The notes under the pieces were generated by a model. The model saw only the letters and a list, made by a program, of their open reading frames with translations, ran no database searches and was not told the DNA's origin. Below, in pieces: positions 1 to 8,751 of a stretch of 64,000 bases of DNA. Origin of the DNA: a virus. Both the position numbers and the translations under genes were made by a program. The stretch lies in the IMG/VR virus record IMGVR_UViG_3300028629_000007, one strand, 5' to 3'. How positions within the stretch are numbered: position 1 is the first letter of the stretch; each line of letters starts with the position of its first letter.

Positions 1-854
1 CCTTCTGGTTCCTGCCCGCCGTCTGGTTTGATTTCTGGGTTTTTCTTTCCCATCTCGTCGGGGGTTACTATAACTTCGTGGTCCGAATCAATGATATCAT
101 CTTCTAACATTCCAGTATTGCCCTTGTTCAACTTATCGTCAAGTGGCAATCCAAACCCGCCCTTATTAACAGGCTTCTTCATTTCATCTGGATTTACGAT
201 AACTTCGTTATCAGAGTCGATAATGTCATCTTCTTTAAGATTTTTACTGTCGAACATATCTTCGCGATCATCATCTAAATGTCTATTCTTCTGACTGTCC
301 CCATGATCGAACATATCTTCTGGTCTGTCATCTTCCGTATCTTCTTCCTTTTCGGGAGCACTTTCGTTGACTTTCTTACCGCGACGTAAGAAAGATGCCA
401 TTACTGGCGACAAAGGTCCGGTTGGACCTGCGGGAATTGGCATTCCTGGGGTTGTTTGTGTTCCAACTGCGGGTACTTCTGTTCCAGGTGTCTCTGGGTT
501 GGTTGGGCACCCGGGCTGCTGGCAGCCAGCAGCACCAGTCAAGTCAATGAGCTTCTCTGGTCCCATTGGTCCTGCTGCACTAAGCTCTTCTGCCTTGGCT
601 ACAACATTATCAATGGATGCTGCGTCTGCGCTGGTTGCCCAGTTAAGCAAGTCACGTAACAGAGTGGAATTGACCGTAACGGTCTTATCTGGAACCGATG
701 CAGCTACTTGAGCAGCATCGACGGCTGGGTTCTCTGGATAGAGGGGATCTACCGCCCCGTCTTCTATTAACTTGCCCATCTTATCATACCCTTCAACGAT
801 CTTCGTGCGGATACTCTGACGAACGTTGTCGAGAGATGGAATCTTGATGTTCAT
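1..854 (-). CDS. Acidic, Pro/Asp-rich hypothetical late protein, runs off the window edge (MNIKIPSLDNVRQSIRTKIVEG...)
   Basis: Manual translation from ATG 854, RBS AGGAGA, late promoter GATAAATA at 877-884; no stop before base 1; internal repeat EDDIIDSDxEVIVxPDEM twice. Confidence 0.85.
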   Translation of the reverse strand, partial: MNIKIPSLDNVRQSIRTKIVEGYDKMGKLIEDGAVDPLYPENPAVDAAQVAASVPDKTVTVNSTLLRDLLNWATSADAASIDNVVAKAEELSAAGPMGPEKLIDLTGAAGCQQPGCPTNPETPGTEVPAVGTQTTPGMPIPAGPTGPLSPVMASFLRRGKKVNESAPEKEEDTEDDRPEDMFDHGDSQKNRHLDDDREDMFDSKNLKEDDIIDSDNEVIVNPDEMKKPVNKGGFGLPLDDKLNKGNTGMLEDDIIDSDHEVIVTPDEMGKKNPEIKPDGGQEPE

Positions 855-856
855 AG

Positions 857-1027
857 TTATTCTCCTGATATTCTTTTATTTATCTGTGTAGCTATGTTCG
901 CCTTAGCTCCGGGTGTCAGCTTCTTAGCTGTTTTGAACTTCCAAGCCCCTTCTATGCGCCTTGCTGTCCATGGCATATCCAAGTATGTTCCCTTTGCGAA
1001 TCCGTTAGATGCTTGCTGGATCTGCAC
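857..1027 (-). CDS. 56-aa basic hypothetical protein, absent from ORF track (MQIQQASNGFAKGTYLDMPWTARRIEGAWKFKTAKK...)
   Basis: GTG start after GGGGGAG; stop TAA 2 nt before the next ATG; fills the gap exactly. Confidence 0.6.
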   Translation of the reverse strand: MQIQQASNGFAKGTYLDMPWTARRIEGAWKFKTAKKLTPGAKANIATQINKRISGE

Positions 1028-2486
1028 TTTTATGCTCCCCCGTTTCGGGGGATTCCTCCTGCTCAGCGTCTCCGCCTACCATGTCATCTACGGGTTCTTC
1101 TTCGGTTCCACCAGCAAGGAACGCTTCCCACTGTTCTGGTGATAGGGCTATGGAGTCAGAGGATATTTCGGCTGCCACTTCTTCCTCGGCTCCTGCCTCC
1201 AAGCCCCCTAAGCCCACATCACCCATTTCGCCAGCTTCGGCTCCTGCTTCACCGCCAACTTCCATTTCTGGAACATCGGCAGTTACTTCATCTCCTTCTT
1301 CACCCATGACTATAGACTCTCCTATTCCATTGAGTCTCTCCTTAACACCCTGAACTATCATGTCAATCTTGTCAATGTCAGATGGGTAATGCTTAAGAAC
1401 GAACTGTGAGATAACTTGTCCATTGACTTCCCCACCAAGTCCAGCAGCATAATCTGCTGCATCTTGAATAACGAGGTCTAACTCGGACGTTGCGCTCTCT
1501 TCCTGTGGGACAGGAAGCTCTTCTCCACCAACATCTCCCAATCCTTCAGCGCCAGGAACGCCAGTTTCTGAGGCTCCAAGGTCTTCTTCTCCACCGATAT
1601 CTTCTATGTCGCTTTCGACAGGAATGGTTTCAGCTACTTCTTGTGCCTTTGCGACTGTCTCGGCATCGAAAGGAACTTCTCCTGCTTCGATGGTAACAGT
1701 GATCTTAGCACCTGGGAACTTAGCTTGGAGGTCAGCAATCAATCCAGCTTCCGGTGGTGCGTCCTGACCAACATTGTCAAGCCCTGGCTCCACGTCCATT
1801 TCAGGGACTTCAGCTTCAGGTGCTACTTCTGGAGTTACTTCTGGAGTTACTTCTGGAGTTACTTGGTCAAGATTTAAGCCTTCCGCTTCCATAAACTTGC
1901 GGAAATGATTAAAAAGTCTCTTTCCTTTAGATTCTTTTGTGGTTACTTTCTCTGGAAAGGTGCGCTGCTGTGGCTTTGTCTTGCACTTCTGTCCTGGCTT
2001 GCAGCCAAGACGTTCAGGAAAGCGAGCAATACCAGTTGGTCCTGTTCCTTCGGCTGGGTCGCCAGCGCCGGGGGCACTTACAGTGGCTCCACCAGCAGAT
2101 CCGGGCGCAGCGTCTTCAGTTGCCTTCTTAGCCTTTTCTTCTTGTCTTTTCTTTTTCTCAGCATCAACTACTTTTTGCTTAGCATGGGCATGTGTCCACC
2201 CCATCGTTGGCTTCTTTCCTTCGGTTGCCTTCTTGCCGAAGATGGTCTTACCCTCGGTCTTGTCTTCTTTCTTATCGTCTTCCTTTTCTTCTACCTTTGA
2301 TGCTTCCTTTTGTTCTTCAGCGCCCTTCTTTTTGAACTGGTGTGCCTTTAGGGCATCTGGTAGCTTGCGCTTGCCCTCTTCCAGCTTCTCCTTCTTAGTA
2401 GCGGAGACATTGACTTCAGTGTCCTCCTTCGCCCAGGATTCTTGTAGTTGCTTCCACTGATTACGATAGTCGCGCATGTCTGCCAT
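1005..2486 (-). CDS. Very acidic low-complexity late protein, possible head scaffold or internal protein
   Basis: 493 aa, Glu/Gly/Ala-rich, PEVT repeats, AGGAG RBS, TATAAATA at 2521-2528. Confidence 0.8.
   Translation of the reverse strand: MADMRDYRNQWKQLQESWAKEDTEVNVSATKKEKLEEGKRKLPDALKAHQFKKKGAEEQKEASKVEEKEDDKKEDKTEGKTIFGKKATEGKKPTMGWTHAHAKQKVVDAEKKKRQEEKAKKATEDAAPGSAGGATVSAPGAGDPAEGTGPTGIARFPERLGCKPGQKCKTKPQQRTFPEKVTTKESKGKRLFNHFRKFMEAEGLNLDQVTPEVTPEVTPEVAPEAEVPEMDVEPGLDNVGQDAPPEAGLIADLQAKFPGAKITVTIEAGEVPFDAETVAKAQEVAETIPVESDIEDIGGEEDLGASETGVPGAEGLGDVGGEELPVPQEESATSELDLVIQDAADYAAGLGGEVNGQVISQFVLKHYPSDIDKIDMIVQGVKERLNGIGESIVMGEEGDEVTADVPEMEVGGEAGAEAGEMGDVGLGGLEAGAEEEVAAEISSDSIALSPEQWEAFLAGGTEEEPVDDMVGGDAEQEESPETGEHKSADPASI
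1824..1864. repeat. 12-nt tandem repeat (TACTTCTGGAGT x3) encoding PEVT repeats
   Basis: Direct inspection. Confidence 0.9.
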
Positions 2487-2540
2487 AAGTGTCTCCTAAA
2501 GGGGTATAATACTTCAATAGTATTTATACGACTTTCATTA

Positions 2541-2700
2541 TATCAAGTAGCCAAAATTATGTGAACTACCCACCCGCTAAAGCGAGTGGGCTTCAGGTTT
2601 CATAGACACTTCTATTGAAGTCGCCTCCACCTGTTTTTGTTTAGAGTCCGATTTAATTCCTAAACCAGACTTTTGATTTAAACCTTGTTGTAATATATTA
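2541..2700 (-). ncRNA. Predicted omegaRNA (tnpB 3' end plus right-end hairpin) with guide ATAATTTTGGCTACTTGATA
   Basis: Known TnpB architecture; 5' boundary approximate. Confidence 0.6.
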
Positions 2701-3851
2701 AGACTTGCATTTAAGTCTCTATCTATTACTTTTCCACATTGACAAGTCCATTCACGGTCTTTTATATTTAATCCTTCATTAATCCAACCACAATGACTAC
2801 AAGTTTTAGAACTTGGGAAGAAGCGGTCTATTACGACCAATTCTCTTCCATACCATTCTGCCTTATAGTTTAGCTGTCGAACGAATTCACCCCAACCACA
2901 ATTGCCGATTGATTTAGCAAGATTGTGATTTGACATCATACCTTTAACATTCAAATCTTCAATACATATCACTTGGTTTTCGTGAATTAACTTATGTGAA
3001 AGTTTATGTAAGAAGTCTTGACGGTTATTATGTATTTTTTCGTGAACTAATGCTACTTGTTTTCTGTATTTTATTCTACTATTACTCTCCTTTTTCTTTT
3101 TACTTAATTGTCTTTGTGTGAACTTGAGTTTCTTTTCTAACTTATGATAATGTTTGGGATTATCAAACTTATCCCCATTACTACAAACTGCGAAATCTTT
3201 AATACCCAAATCTACTCCTATTGACTCATCATTCTTTGGAAGTTTTTGTATTTCTCCAACTTCACAAGTAATTGAAACAAAATACTTCCCCAATGGAGTT
3301 TTAGAAATCGTAATGAAGTTAATATCTCCTATTTCACGATGAGCATTTAACTCTATACCTTCATTAAACTTTGGAAAGTAAATCTTATTATCTTCAATTG
3401 AAATATGCTGTGGAACTCTAAAAGATTGTTTATCCCATTTACTTTTAAACTTTGGAAACTTACTTTGTTTACGGAAGAAACGATTATATGCTCCATCTAA
3501 ATCTCTTAAAGTATGTTGAAGTGTCTGTGAGTTTATTTCTTTTAACCAAGCAGTTTCTTCTACTTTCTTTAATTCAACCAATTCAGTTGCACAATCATAG
3601 TAATTTAGTGTCTTTTCATTCTTTAAGTATTCGTCTTTTCTTCTGTTTAGGAAGTGATTCCAAACAAATCTCTTACAACCAAAATGCTTGGCAAGTAGCA
3701 CTTCTTGGTCTTTCGTAGGTAGAAGTTGGAATTTAAACGATTTGAGCATATTACTATTATACCACCTTCTAAAGATATTTATACGAGATTTTTAGTTTTT
3801 GTAAAAGTTTCTTTCAAGTAACCACCACTCATTATAAATGGTGGGAATATG
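2561..3851 (-). mobile_element. IS200/IS605-family (IS1341-like) tnpB-only element
   Basis: Right end GAAGCCCACTCGCTTTAGCGGGTGGGTAGTTCAC at 2561; left end TTTAT|CATATTCCCACCA at 3851; no tnpA. Confidence 0.85.
2577..3749 (-). CDS. tnpB: RNA-guided endonuclease TnpB
   Basis: N-terminal HTH, RuvC motifs GVDLG / IEDL / DRDLNA, zinc finger CSHC..CQCG. Confidence 0.95.
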   Translation of the reverse strand: MLKSFKFQLLPTKDQEVLLAKHFGCKRFVWNHFLNRRKDEYLKNEKTLNYYDCATELVELKKVEETAWLKEINSQTLQHTLRDLDGAYNRFFRKQSKFPKFKSKWDKQSFRVPQHISIEDNKIYFPKFNEGIELNAHREIGDINFITISKTPLGKYFVSITCEVGEIQKLPKNDESIGVDLGIKDFAVCSNGDKFDNPKHYHKLEKKLKFTQRQLSKKKKESNSRIKYRKQVALVHEKIHNNRQDFLHKLSHKLIHENQVICIEDLNVKGMMSNHNLAKSIGNCGWGEFVRQLNYKAEWYGRELVVIDRFFPSSKTCSHCGWINEGLNIKDREWTCQCGKVIDRDLNASLNILQQGLNQKSGLGIKSDSKQKQVEATSIEVSMKPEAHSL

Positions 3852-3895
3852 ATAAAAGTTATGTAATGCTTTTATCTACATGGTATAATACAAAC

Positions 3896-4078
3896 ATGAC
3901 AAAGAAAGAATTAGATTGTTATGATGCCACAACGCCCGAATGCGTGGAAGACGTTTGGAATTCAGACTTAATATATAACTCAAAGATTGTAGGGACTATT
4001 TTTGGTCAATCTGAACGTGAAATAAAAAAATATATTAAGCGTTGGGTCCAGCAAACTCGGACTGACAGTAAGCCTTAA
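3896..4078 (+). CDS. 60-aa hypothetical protein, rare plus-strand gene
   Basis: TGGTATAAT extended -10 just before ATG; nearly leaderless. Confidence 0.5.
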   Translation: MTKKELDCYDATTPECVEDVWNSDLIYNSKIVGTIFGQSEREIKKYIKRWVQQTRTDSKP

Positions 4079-5564
4079 ACTTTTCTTTATTTTCTGGTGT
4101 TAGCTTCTTATACCAAGTGTCAATATCTTTCATTGGTATTTTCTTATCTTGCTGAATAGCCACTAAGACAGCATCTCTTAATGACTTATCAGCATCTCTT
4201 ATCTCTTCTATAAACATGCGAGCGAATGCGGGGAATTCTCTTGGAGAGTTGATATATGCGGCATACGAAGATAGATCTTGCTTATGCTGTAATCTATTGG
4301 GATCATTCACATGTGTCAACTCATGCCATATACCGCGTGTAACAAATGCCTTTATTTTGTCAAGTTTCTTCAAGTTGCTAACAAGTGAATCAGCAGAGAT
4401 ATAGATTGCATCTTCTTTCTCGTTGAAGTAAAGAGCAGATTCAATATCTGGTGACGTACTTAAGAGTTTCTTTTGGATATTTACAGATATGGAACGACCG
4501 TCCATTTCTATAGAATCTTCCACATAAGTATTATAGCCTTGTGTATATGTTTCTTGAATCTTCTGAAGTAATTCATCAATGTTTTTCGACAGCCATTGAC
4601 GAATAGAATTCGTAGGAAGGCTGACGAGAGTTTCGTTCATAGTATCATCTTCTATAAGATATTCGGTCGATACTACAAATCGTATATTTTCCGAACCCAT
4701 CATATCTCTAGTAAACTCATCAACTGCTTCAAGCATGTTTTCTTCTTCGTTATAAACATACTTAAAATTGAAATATTTTCCAAGTTTGACCCACACATCA
4801 AACGAACCCTTTCCAGTTTCGCCAGTTAGTGATGTATCGGAATATAAAGTCTTCATGAATTCTTCTATAGCATAAATGTAAAGCTTGATAGCTATGCCTT
4901 TACCCTGTGCCTCTGGGGCAAGAGCGACTGATTCTGTTTTCCATTGACCATCTTCGGTATACCAGATAAATTCACCGACATGCGTTCCTTCGGCGTTATA
5001 TAGATGTATTTGAAGATTATCTCTTCTTGACCACGTTTCCGCTTTGTATCCACTTATGTTAAACTCATCTACCAAAGTCATACCCCTACGGTTTAACATA
5101 GATAATACTTCTCTTTTATTTTGTTTAACAACGTAGTTGGAAATGTCTTTATTTCCGTCATTCCATGCTGGCATTTCGACCAAGCGACTTTCCCGTATCT
5201 CTTGATTACGTATCAACTCGTTTATCATCTTGCCGTATGCGTTTATAGCCTGTACCTTGACATTGATCAGCTTCATACCACGCTGCTTGGCTGCGGCAAG
5301 TCGATGATGTCCGTTCTGACAGATTATCTCTCCATCACGATATATCGACACATCTATAGGCTCACTGAAGTCCATGGATGCTGCTACATCATCAGGGACA
5401 GAACCGACTTCACTGGAATTGAGTCGCTTGATAATCTGTGGGTTCATGAACTTGATTTCTGGAATAACTTGATGATACTTCACATTGTCTTCATAAACCA
5501 TCTGAGCATCGGCTTCCAGTTGACTCCAAGTTTCTTTCAGTATCTTTAAGCGATTATCCCTCAT
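4035..5564 (-). CDS. Multidomain late protein: ParB/Srx-like + GNAT-like + HExxH metallopeptidase-like
   Basis: PIDV..NGHHRLAAAK; LAPEAQGKGIAIKLY; IWHELTHV. Confidence 0.8.
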   Translation of the reverse strand: MRDNRLKILKETWSQLEADAQMVYEDNVKYHQVIPEIKFMNPQIIKRLNSSEVGSVPDDVAASMDFSEPIDVSIYRDGEIICQNGHHRLAAAKQRGMKLINVKVQAINAYGKMINELIRNQEIRESRLVEMPAWNDGNKDISNYVVKQNKREVLSMLNRRGMTLVDEFNISGYKAETWSRRDNLQIHLYNAEGTHVGEFIWYTEDGQWKTESVALAPEAQGKGIAIKLYIYAIEEFMKTLYSDTSLTGETGKGSFDVWVKLGKYFNFKYVYNEEENMLEAVDEFTRDMMGSENIRFVVSTEYLIEDDTMNETLVSLPTNSIRQWLSKNIDELLQKIQETYTQGYNTYVEDSIEMDGRSISVNIQKKLLSTSPDIESALYFNEKEDAIYISADSLVSNLKKLDKIKAFVTRGIWHELTHVNDPNRLQHKQDLSSYAAYINSPREFPAFARMFIEEIRDADKSLRDAVLVAIQQDKKIPMKDIDTWYKKLTPENKEKFKAYCQSEFAGPNA

Positions 5565-5566
5565 AT

Positions 5567-6046
5567 TTAAACCCCTGCCGTCTTTAATACTTTATACATT
5601 GATTTCCATTCGGTATTCCAGTTTGTATTATTTCTAATAATAGATAAAAACACTTCTCTACCGCCAAGATATTTGTAATTTATAATATTTGCATGCTTTC
5701 CGTATTGATCAAGTGCTAGTTTTTGTAGATATTTAACGTTAATTTCTCCCATTTCATCAAAATATCTATTACCATGTGATATTGCAACATGATATATATC
5801 AGGCTCCCCATCCAGTAATTCATCATCGGTAATCACATCAGTAACGAATGCAATTTTTAAATTTTTGTCTTTAAGATATTCTAAAATAGCGATGGCAGCC
5901 ATTCCGCAATTTCCCCCACCAAGAGAGCAACCATGTGATTTTAGAATTTCGTAACATTTTATGATTCTTGAGAATATATCATTCTCTTTGTTTTTTTCAA
6001 CTATTTTATTCCATGATTCCTTGAGATTCTTAAGCAGGTTGTCCAT
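5567..6046 (-). CDS. Hypothetical protein with papain/transglutaminase-like Cys-His-Asp motifs
   Basis: GGNCGMAA..YHVAI..YFDEMG. Confidence 0.6.
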   Translation of the reverse strand: MDNLLKNLKESWNKIVEKNKENDIFSRIIKCYEILKSHGCSLGGGNCGMAAIAILEYLKDKNLKIAFVTDVITDDELLDGEPDIYHVAISHGNRYFDEMGEINVKYLQKLALDQYGKHANIINYKYLGGREVFLSIIRNNTNWNTEWKSMYKVLKTAGV

Positions 6047-6924
6047 TAGTCACCACCCACTTCATCACTTATCTCTTCTCTGCTTCCATTGACAATGACA
6101 TACTTCAGCATGCGTTGTCCCTGTAGAGGAATTGCGAGGCACTTCAGCGTTAGCTGCCGATCAAGTCCCTCGTTGTTATTTCCCATGTAATAGGTAATCC
6201 AATCCTCAAGAATAGGCAGATAGAGGATGACCCGTTCCTTGACCAGCGACTTCCTAAGAACCTTACCTTTCTTCAAGCGGTTCTTGTCGATGGTGGCAAG
6301 ATGGTAGCCAACAGGCTCTCCATCTTTTTCTTCAGGCTGATTCCAATACAGATATGGCTGCCCGTCAAGATAGGTCTGCGACTGCTTCTTCAGGTTCTCA
6401 AACAGGTTTGATTCCATGCTGGCGTCTTTGATAATCTCATTCAAGTCTCTCTTGAATCCCTCCATGATATACAAACCAATGGCTTCAAGAAACTTGATGT
6501 CTCCTTCGTTGAGGGCTACAATGTTCTTGAAAGAGGATGACTCATGAAGAATAGACTGGGTGAAGAGTCTCTGGATTCTACTTCTATTTTCGTTGGTTGT
6601 CATGTTGGGTTCAGCAGGAGGCTTGCCTTCCCATTCCGCTGGCTGGTTGAATAGCTTGTGATCCACTTCTTTTCCGTTCATCCACACCGTGAACCATATA
6701 CGACTTTTGGGAAACTTACCAAATACCCATTCTGCTCGCTTTAGCGCACCTTCAAGCGACTTGGCAGAACCATAAGCGTCTTGAAACTTTTTGACAGATC
6801 CGTCTTTATCTATAACTTCCCAGTTCACAGTGTAAGTAACTGGATAGACTCTTCCGGGGCTTGTGTCAAGACCAAGTTTTGACTTATACTTTAGCTGTTC
6901 TTGGTCGAAAGTTTCTTTGGGCAT
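6046..6924 (-). CDS. Hypothetical late protein
   Basis: 292 aa, TATAAATA at 6930-6937, coupled to downstream genes. Confidence 0.8.
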   Translation of the reverse strand: MPKETFDQEQLKYKSKLGLDTSPGRVYPVTYTVNWEVIDKDGSVKKFQDAYGSAKSLEGALKRAEWVFGKFPKSRIWFTVWMNGKEVDHKLFNQPAEWEGKPPAEPNMTTNENRSRIQRLFTQSILHESSSFKNIVALNEGDIKFLEAIGLYIMEGFKRDLNEIIKDASMESNLFENLKKQSQTYLDGQPYLYWNQPEEKDGEPVGYHLATIDKNRLKKGKVLRKSLVKERVILYLPILEDWITYYMGNNNEGLDRQLTLKCLAIPLQGQRMLKYVIVNGSREEISDEVGGD

Positions 6925-6932
6925 GCCTTTAT

Positions 6933-7073
6933 TTATATCTTCTTGATCTGATCCTCTACCCTGTCAATGGTCTTTTTAGCAGTCGCAATAAGAAACTTTC
7001 TTATAGTCCAGAGCATATATAGATTTACAGCAAGTGTCGTAAGGTTGGCTAAAGCGATTATTATGGTTAGCAT
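6933..7073 (-). CDS. 46-aa single-transmembrane peptide (MLTIIIALANLTTLAVNLYMLWTIRKF...)
   Basis: Manual translation; AAGGAG RBS inside a hairpin; late-type AATAAATA at 7092-7099. Confidence 0.65.
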   Translation of the reverse strand: MLTIIIALANLTTLAVNLYMLWTIRKFLIATAKKTIDRVEDQIKKI

Positions 7074-7094
7074 AACAGAAACTCCTTCTGTTAT

Positions 7095-7553
7095 TTATTC
7101 CTTGATGTATATCGTAATAGGAATCTTGGTAGCTTCTTCGAACTTCTGTAAAGCCGACGAATACCATTCCCAATTCCCTCCGCCTAACCCACAACCAATT
7201 TTCGCAGGGAACGCAAGTGACTTAGGATTCAACTTCTTTATCTCCCGTAGGCACGAAATAAAATACTTTTTACGATGCTCAGCGGAGTCCCCAACGGGGT
7301 CATCGTCACGGGGCTTCCCCGGATTATATTGGGCGAACATGTTGATGATGTTCGGCTCACATGGTTCTCCACCACGGGCTACATTGATGGTTCCTGGCTT
7401 ATCTGGTTCCCAGCGAGTTGAGTAACAGTCTGCGTATGTGTAGTTAGCAAACAGAACAGCAGCTAATCCAGCAGCACCATGTGATACACAATTGCATTGA
7501 TGACATATATACTCTTCACGAGCCTTCAAGATGTCAAGATGCTTGGTTTCCAT
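7095..7553 (-). CDS. Macrodomain ADP-ribose hydrolase (TARG1/DarG-like)
   Basis: ICHQCNC..GAAGLA; IINMFAQY; AFPAKIGCGLGGGNW. Confidence 0.9.
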   Translation of the reverse strand: METKHLDILKAREEYICHQCNCVSHGAAGLAAVLFANYTYADCYSTRWEPDKPGTINVARGGEPCEPNIINMFAQYNPGKPRDDDPVGDSAEHRKKYFISCLREIKKLNPKSLAFPAKIGCGLGGGNWEWYSSALQKFEEATKIPITIYIKE

Positions 7554-7582
7554 GTTCCATCTTTCTTTGACAGCTATTGTGT

Positions 7583-7801
7583 CTATCCAGCATATCCCAT
7601 AAAACTTCTGGGGGCAAGAGAATTCAAGTATTCTTCAAAACCATCACGAGACTTCATACGGCACTTGACAAGCTGACAATCAATGGGATTGCCATGACAC
7701 TCGGGACATTCACTATGCAATGCCATGAGGCTGTTTATAAGATCTTCTCGTGTGATTCCTTCCATCAATCTCTCCTTAGCCATGGAGGAACCACACGACA
7801 T
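7583..7801 (-). CDS. Small Cys-rich hypothetical protein
   Basis: ORF track; CPECHGNP..C..C; operon packing. Confidence 0.6.
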   Translation of the reverse strand: MSCGSSMAKERLMEGITREDLINSLMALHSECPECHGNPIDCQLVKCRMKSRDGFEEYLNSLAPRSFMGYAG

Positions 7802-7974
7802 CTTTCCTTGAATTTCCTCATAAAATCCTCACGCAATACATTCGTAAGATGCACATGCTCTGGATCAGACAAGGTAGTCTTGAAGTCGTGAAAGAAATCT
7901 TCAAACTCGCTCCACCTAAAGGTAGCAGATCCATATTTTTCAGTTTCCATAGAAGAACCTTTCATGGTCATCAA
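7765..7974 (-). CDS. Hypothetical protein
   Basis: ORF track, operon packing. Confidence 0.55.
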   Translation of the reverse strand: MMTMKGSSMETEKYGSATFRWSEFEDFFHDFKTTLSDPEHVHLTNVLREDFMRKFKERCRVVPPWLRRD

Positions 7975-8716
7975 TCCACCCCTTGGGCATGAATTGAGGC
8001 TTCATATTGTCAAGAAAATGCTTTCGCCAGCGCACAATGAATTCGCGAAGATCCTTTTGATGTGATACGATAACAGAAGCTGGAGAAACACTTGGAGTTT
8101 CTTTGGCTATTTCTTGCCTAAATGATGATATTGAAGTTTTGTCAATATCAACAACGCCAAAATGGTCGCCAATTTCTCTTAATAGAACATCTCGACGTTG
8201 CGGCGGAATATCGTCCCACTTGCTTTCCAGCGTCATGATGATAGCGTTCAGCTTTTCTGCCTTGACTACTTCGGGTAGCTTCTGGTTGTTCTTGGTGACT
8301 ATACCAGCCTCTTTTGCGAGCTTGGCGTTGAACAGATCAGCTTCTCTTTCATATTCTTCATGATGTTCTATACAAACAGGAAGAATGTCAAAATGATTAT
8401 GCGACTTCAGGACATCTGGGAAATGCTTTCGGTATTGGTAAGGAACGATATGATGCTTGGTCAGGTTCTTATCAGTTCCACATATGACACATTTATTACT
8501 CATGTTGTTTTTATAAACATCGGACAGGTGAAGATTGCCTATTCCCTTTGGTTCAAATAATAGTTGTATTGTCTTTTCGTCAACTTGTTTCGCCAATCCC
8601 TTCTTTAGATACCAGCGTATCTTCTTTCCATCGCAAAAACACATTCTATCACCACTAGGATGGAGTATAGAGTAGTTTTCATATATGTCAGTATCATTAC
8701 CGTGAAGATAAGTCAT
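7940..8716 (-). CDS. HNH-like protein resembling the EXD2 C-terminal domain
   Basis: YEN..ILHPSG..CFCD.KK..WYL.KG; CVICG..LTKHHIVPYQYRKHFP..KSHNHFDILPVC..HH. Confidence 0.75.
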   Translation of the reverse strand: MTYLHGNDTDIYENYSILHPSGDRMCFCDGKKIRWYLKKGLAKQVDEKTIQLLFEPKGIGNLHLSDVYKNNMSNKCVICGTDKNLTKHHIVPYQYRKHFPDVLKSHNHFDILPVCIEHHEEYEREADLFNAKLAKEAGIVTKNNQKLPEVVKAEKLNAIIMTLESKWDDIPPQRRDVLLREIGDHFGVVDIDKTSISSFRQEIAKETPSVSPASVIVSHQKDLREFIVRWRKHFLDNMKPQFMPKGWIDDHERFFYGN

Positions 8717-8723
8717 TAGTAGT

Positions 8724-8751
8724 ATTCTAACGAATCATATAGGGAAGTCAA
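8724..8751 (-). promoter_or_regulatory. Early promoter TTGACT-N16-TAGAAT
   Basis: Consensus match upstream of 8716. Confidence 0.7.

Noticed and set aside
7481-7491. TGTGATACACA resembling the boundary palindrome
   Set aside because: Lies mid-gene in the macrodomain in opposite orientation and not at a stop or promoter
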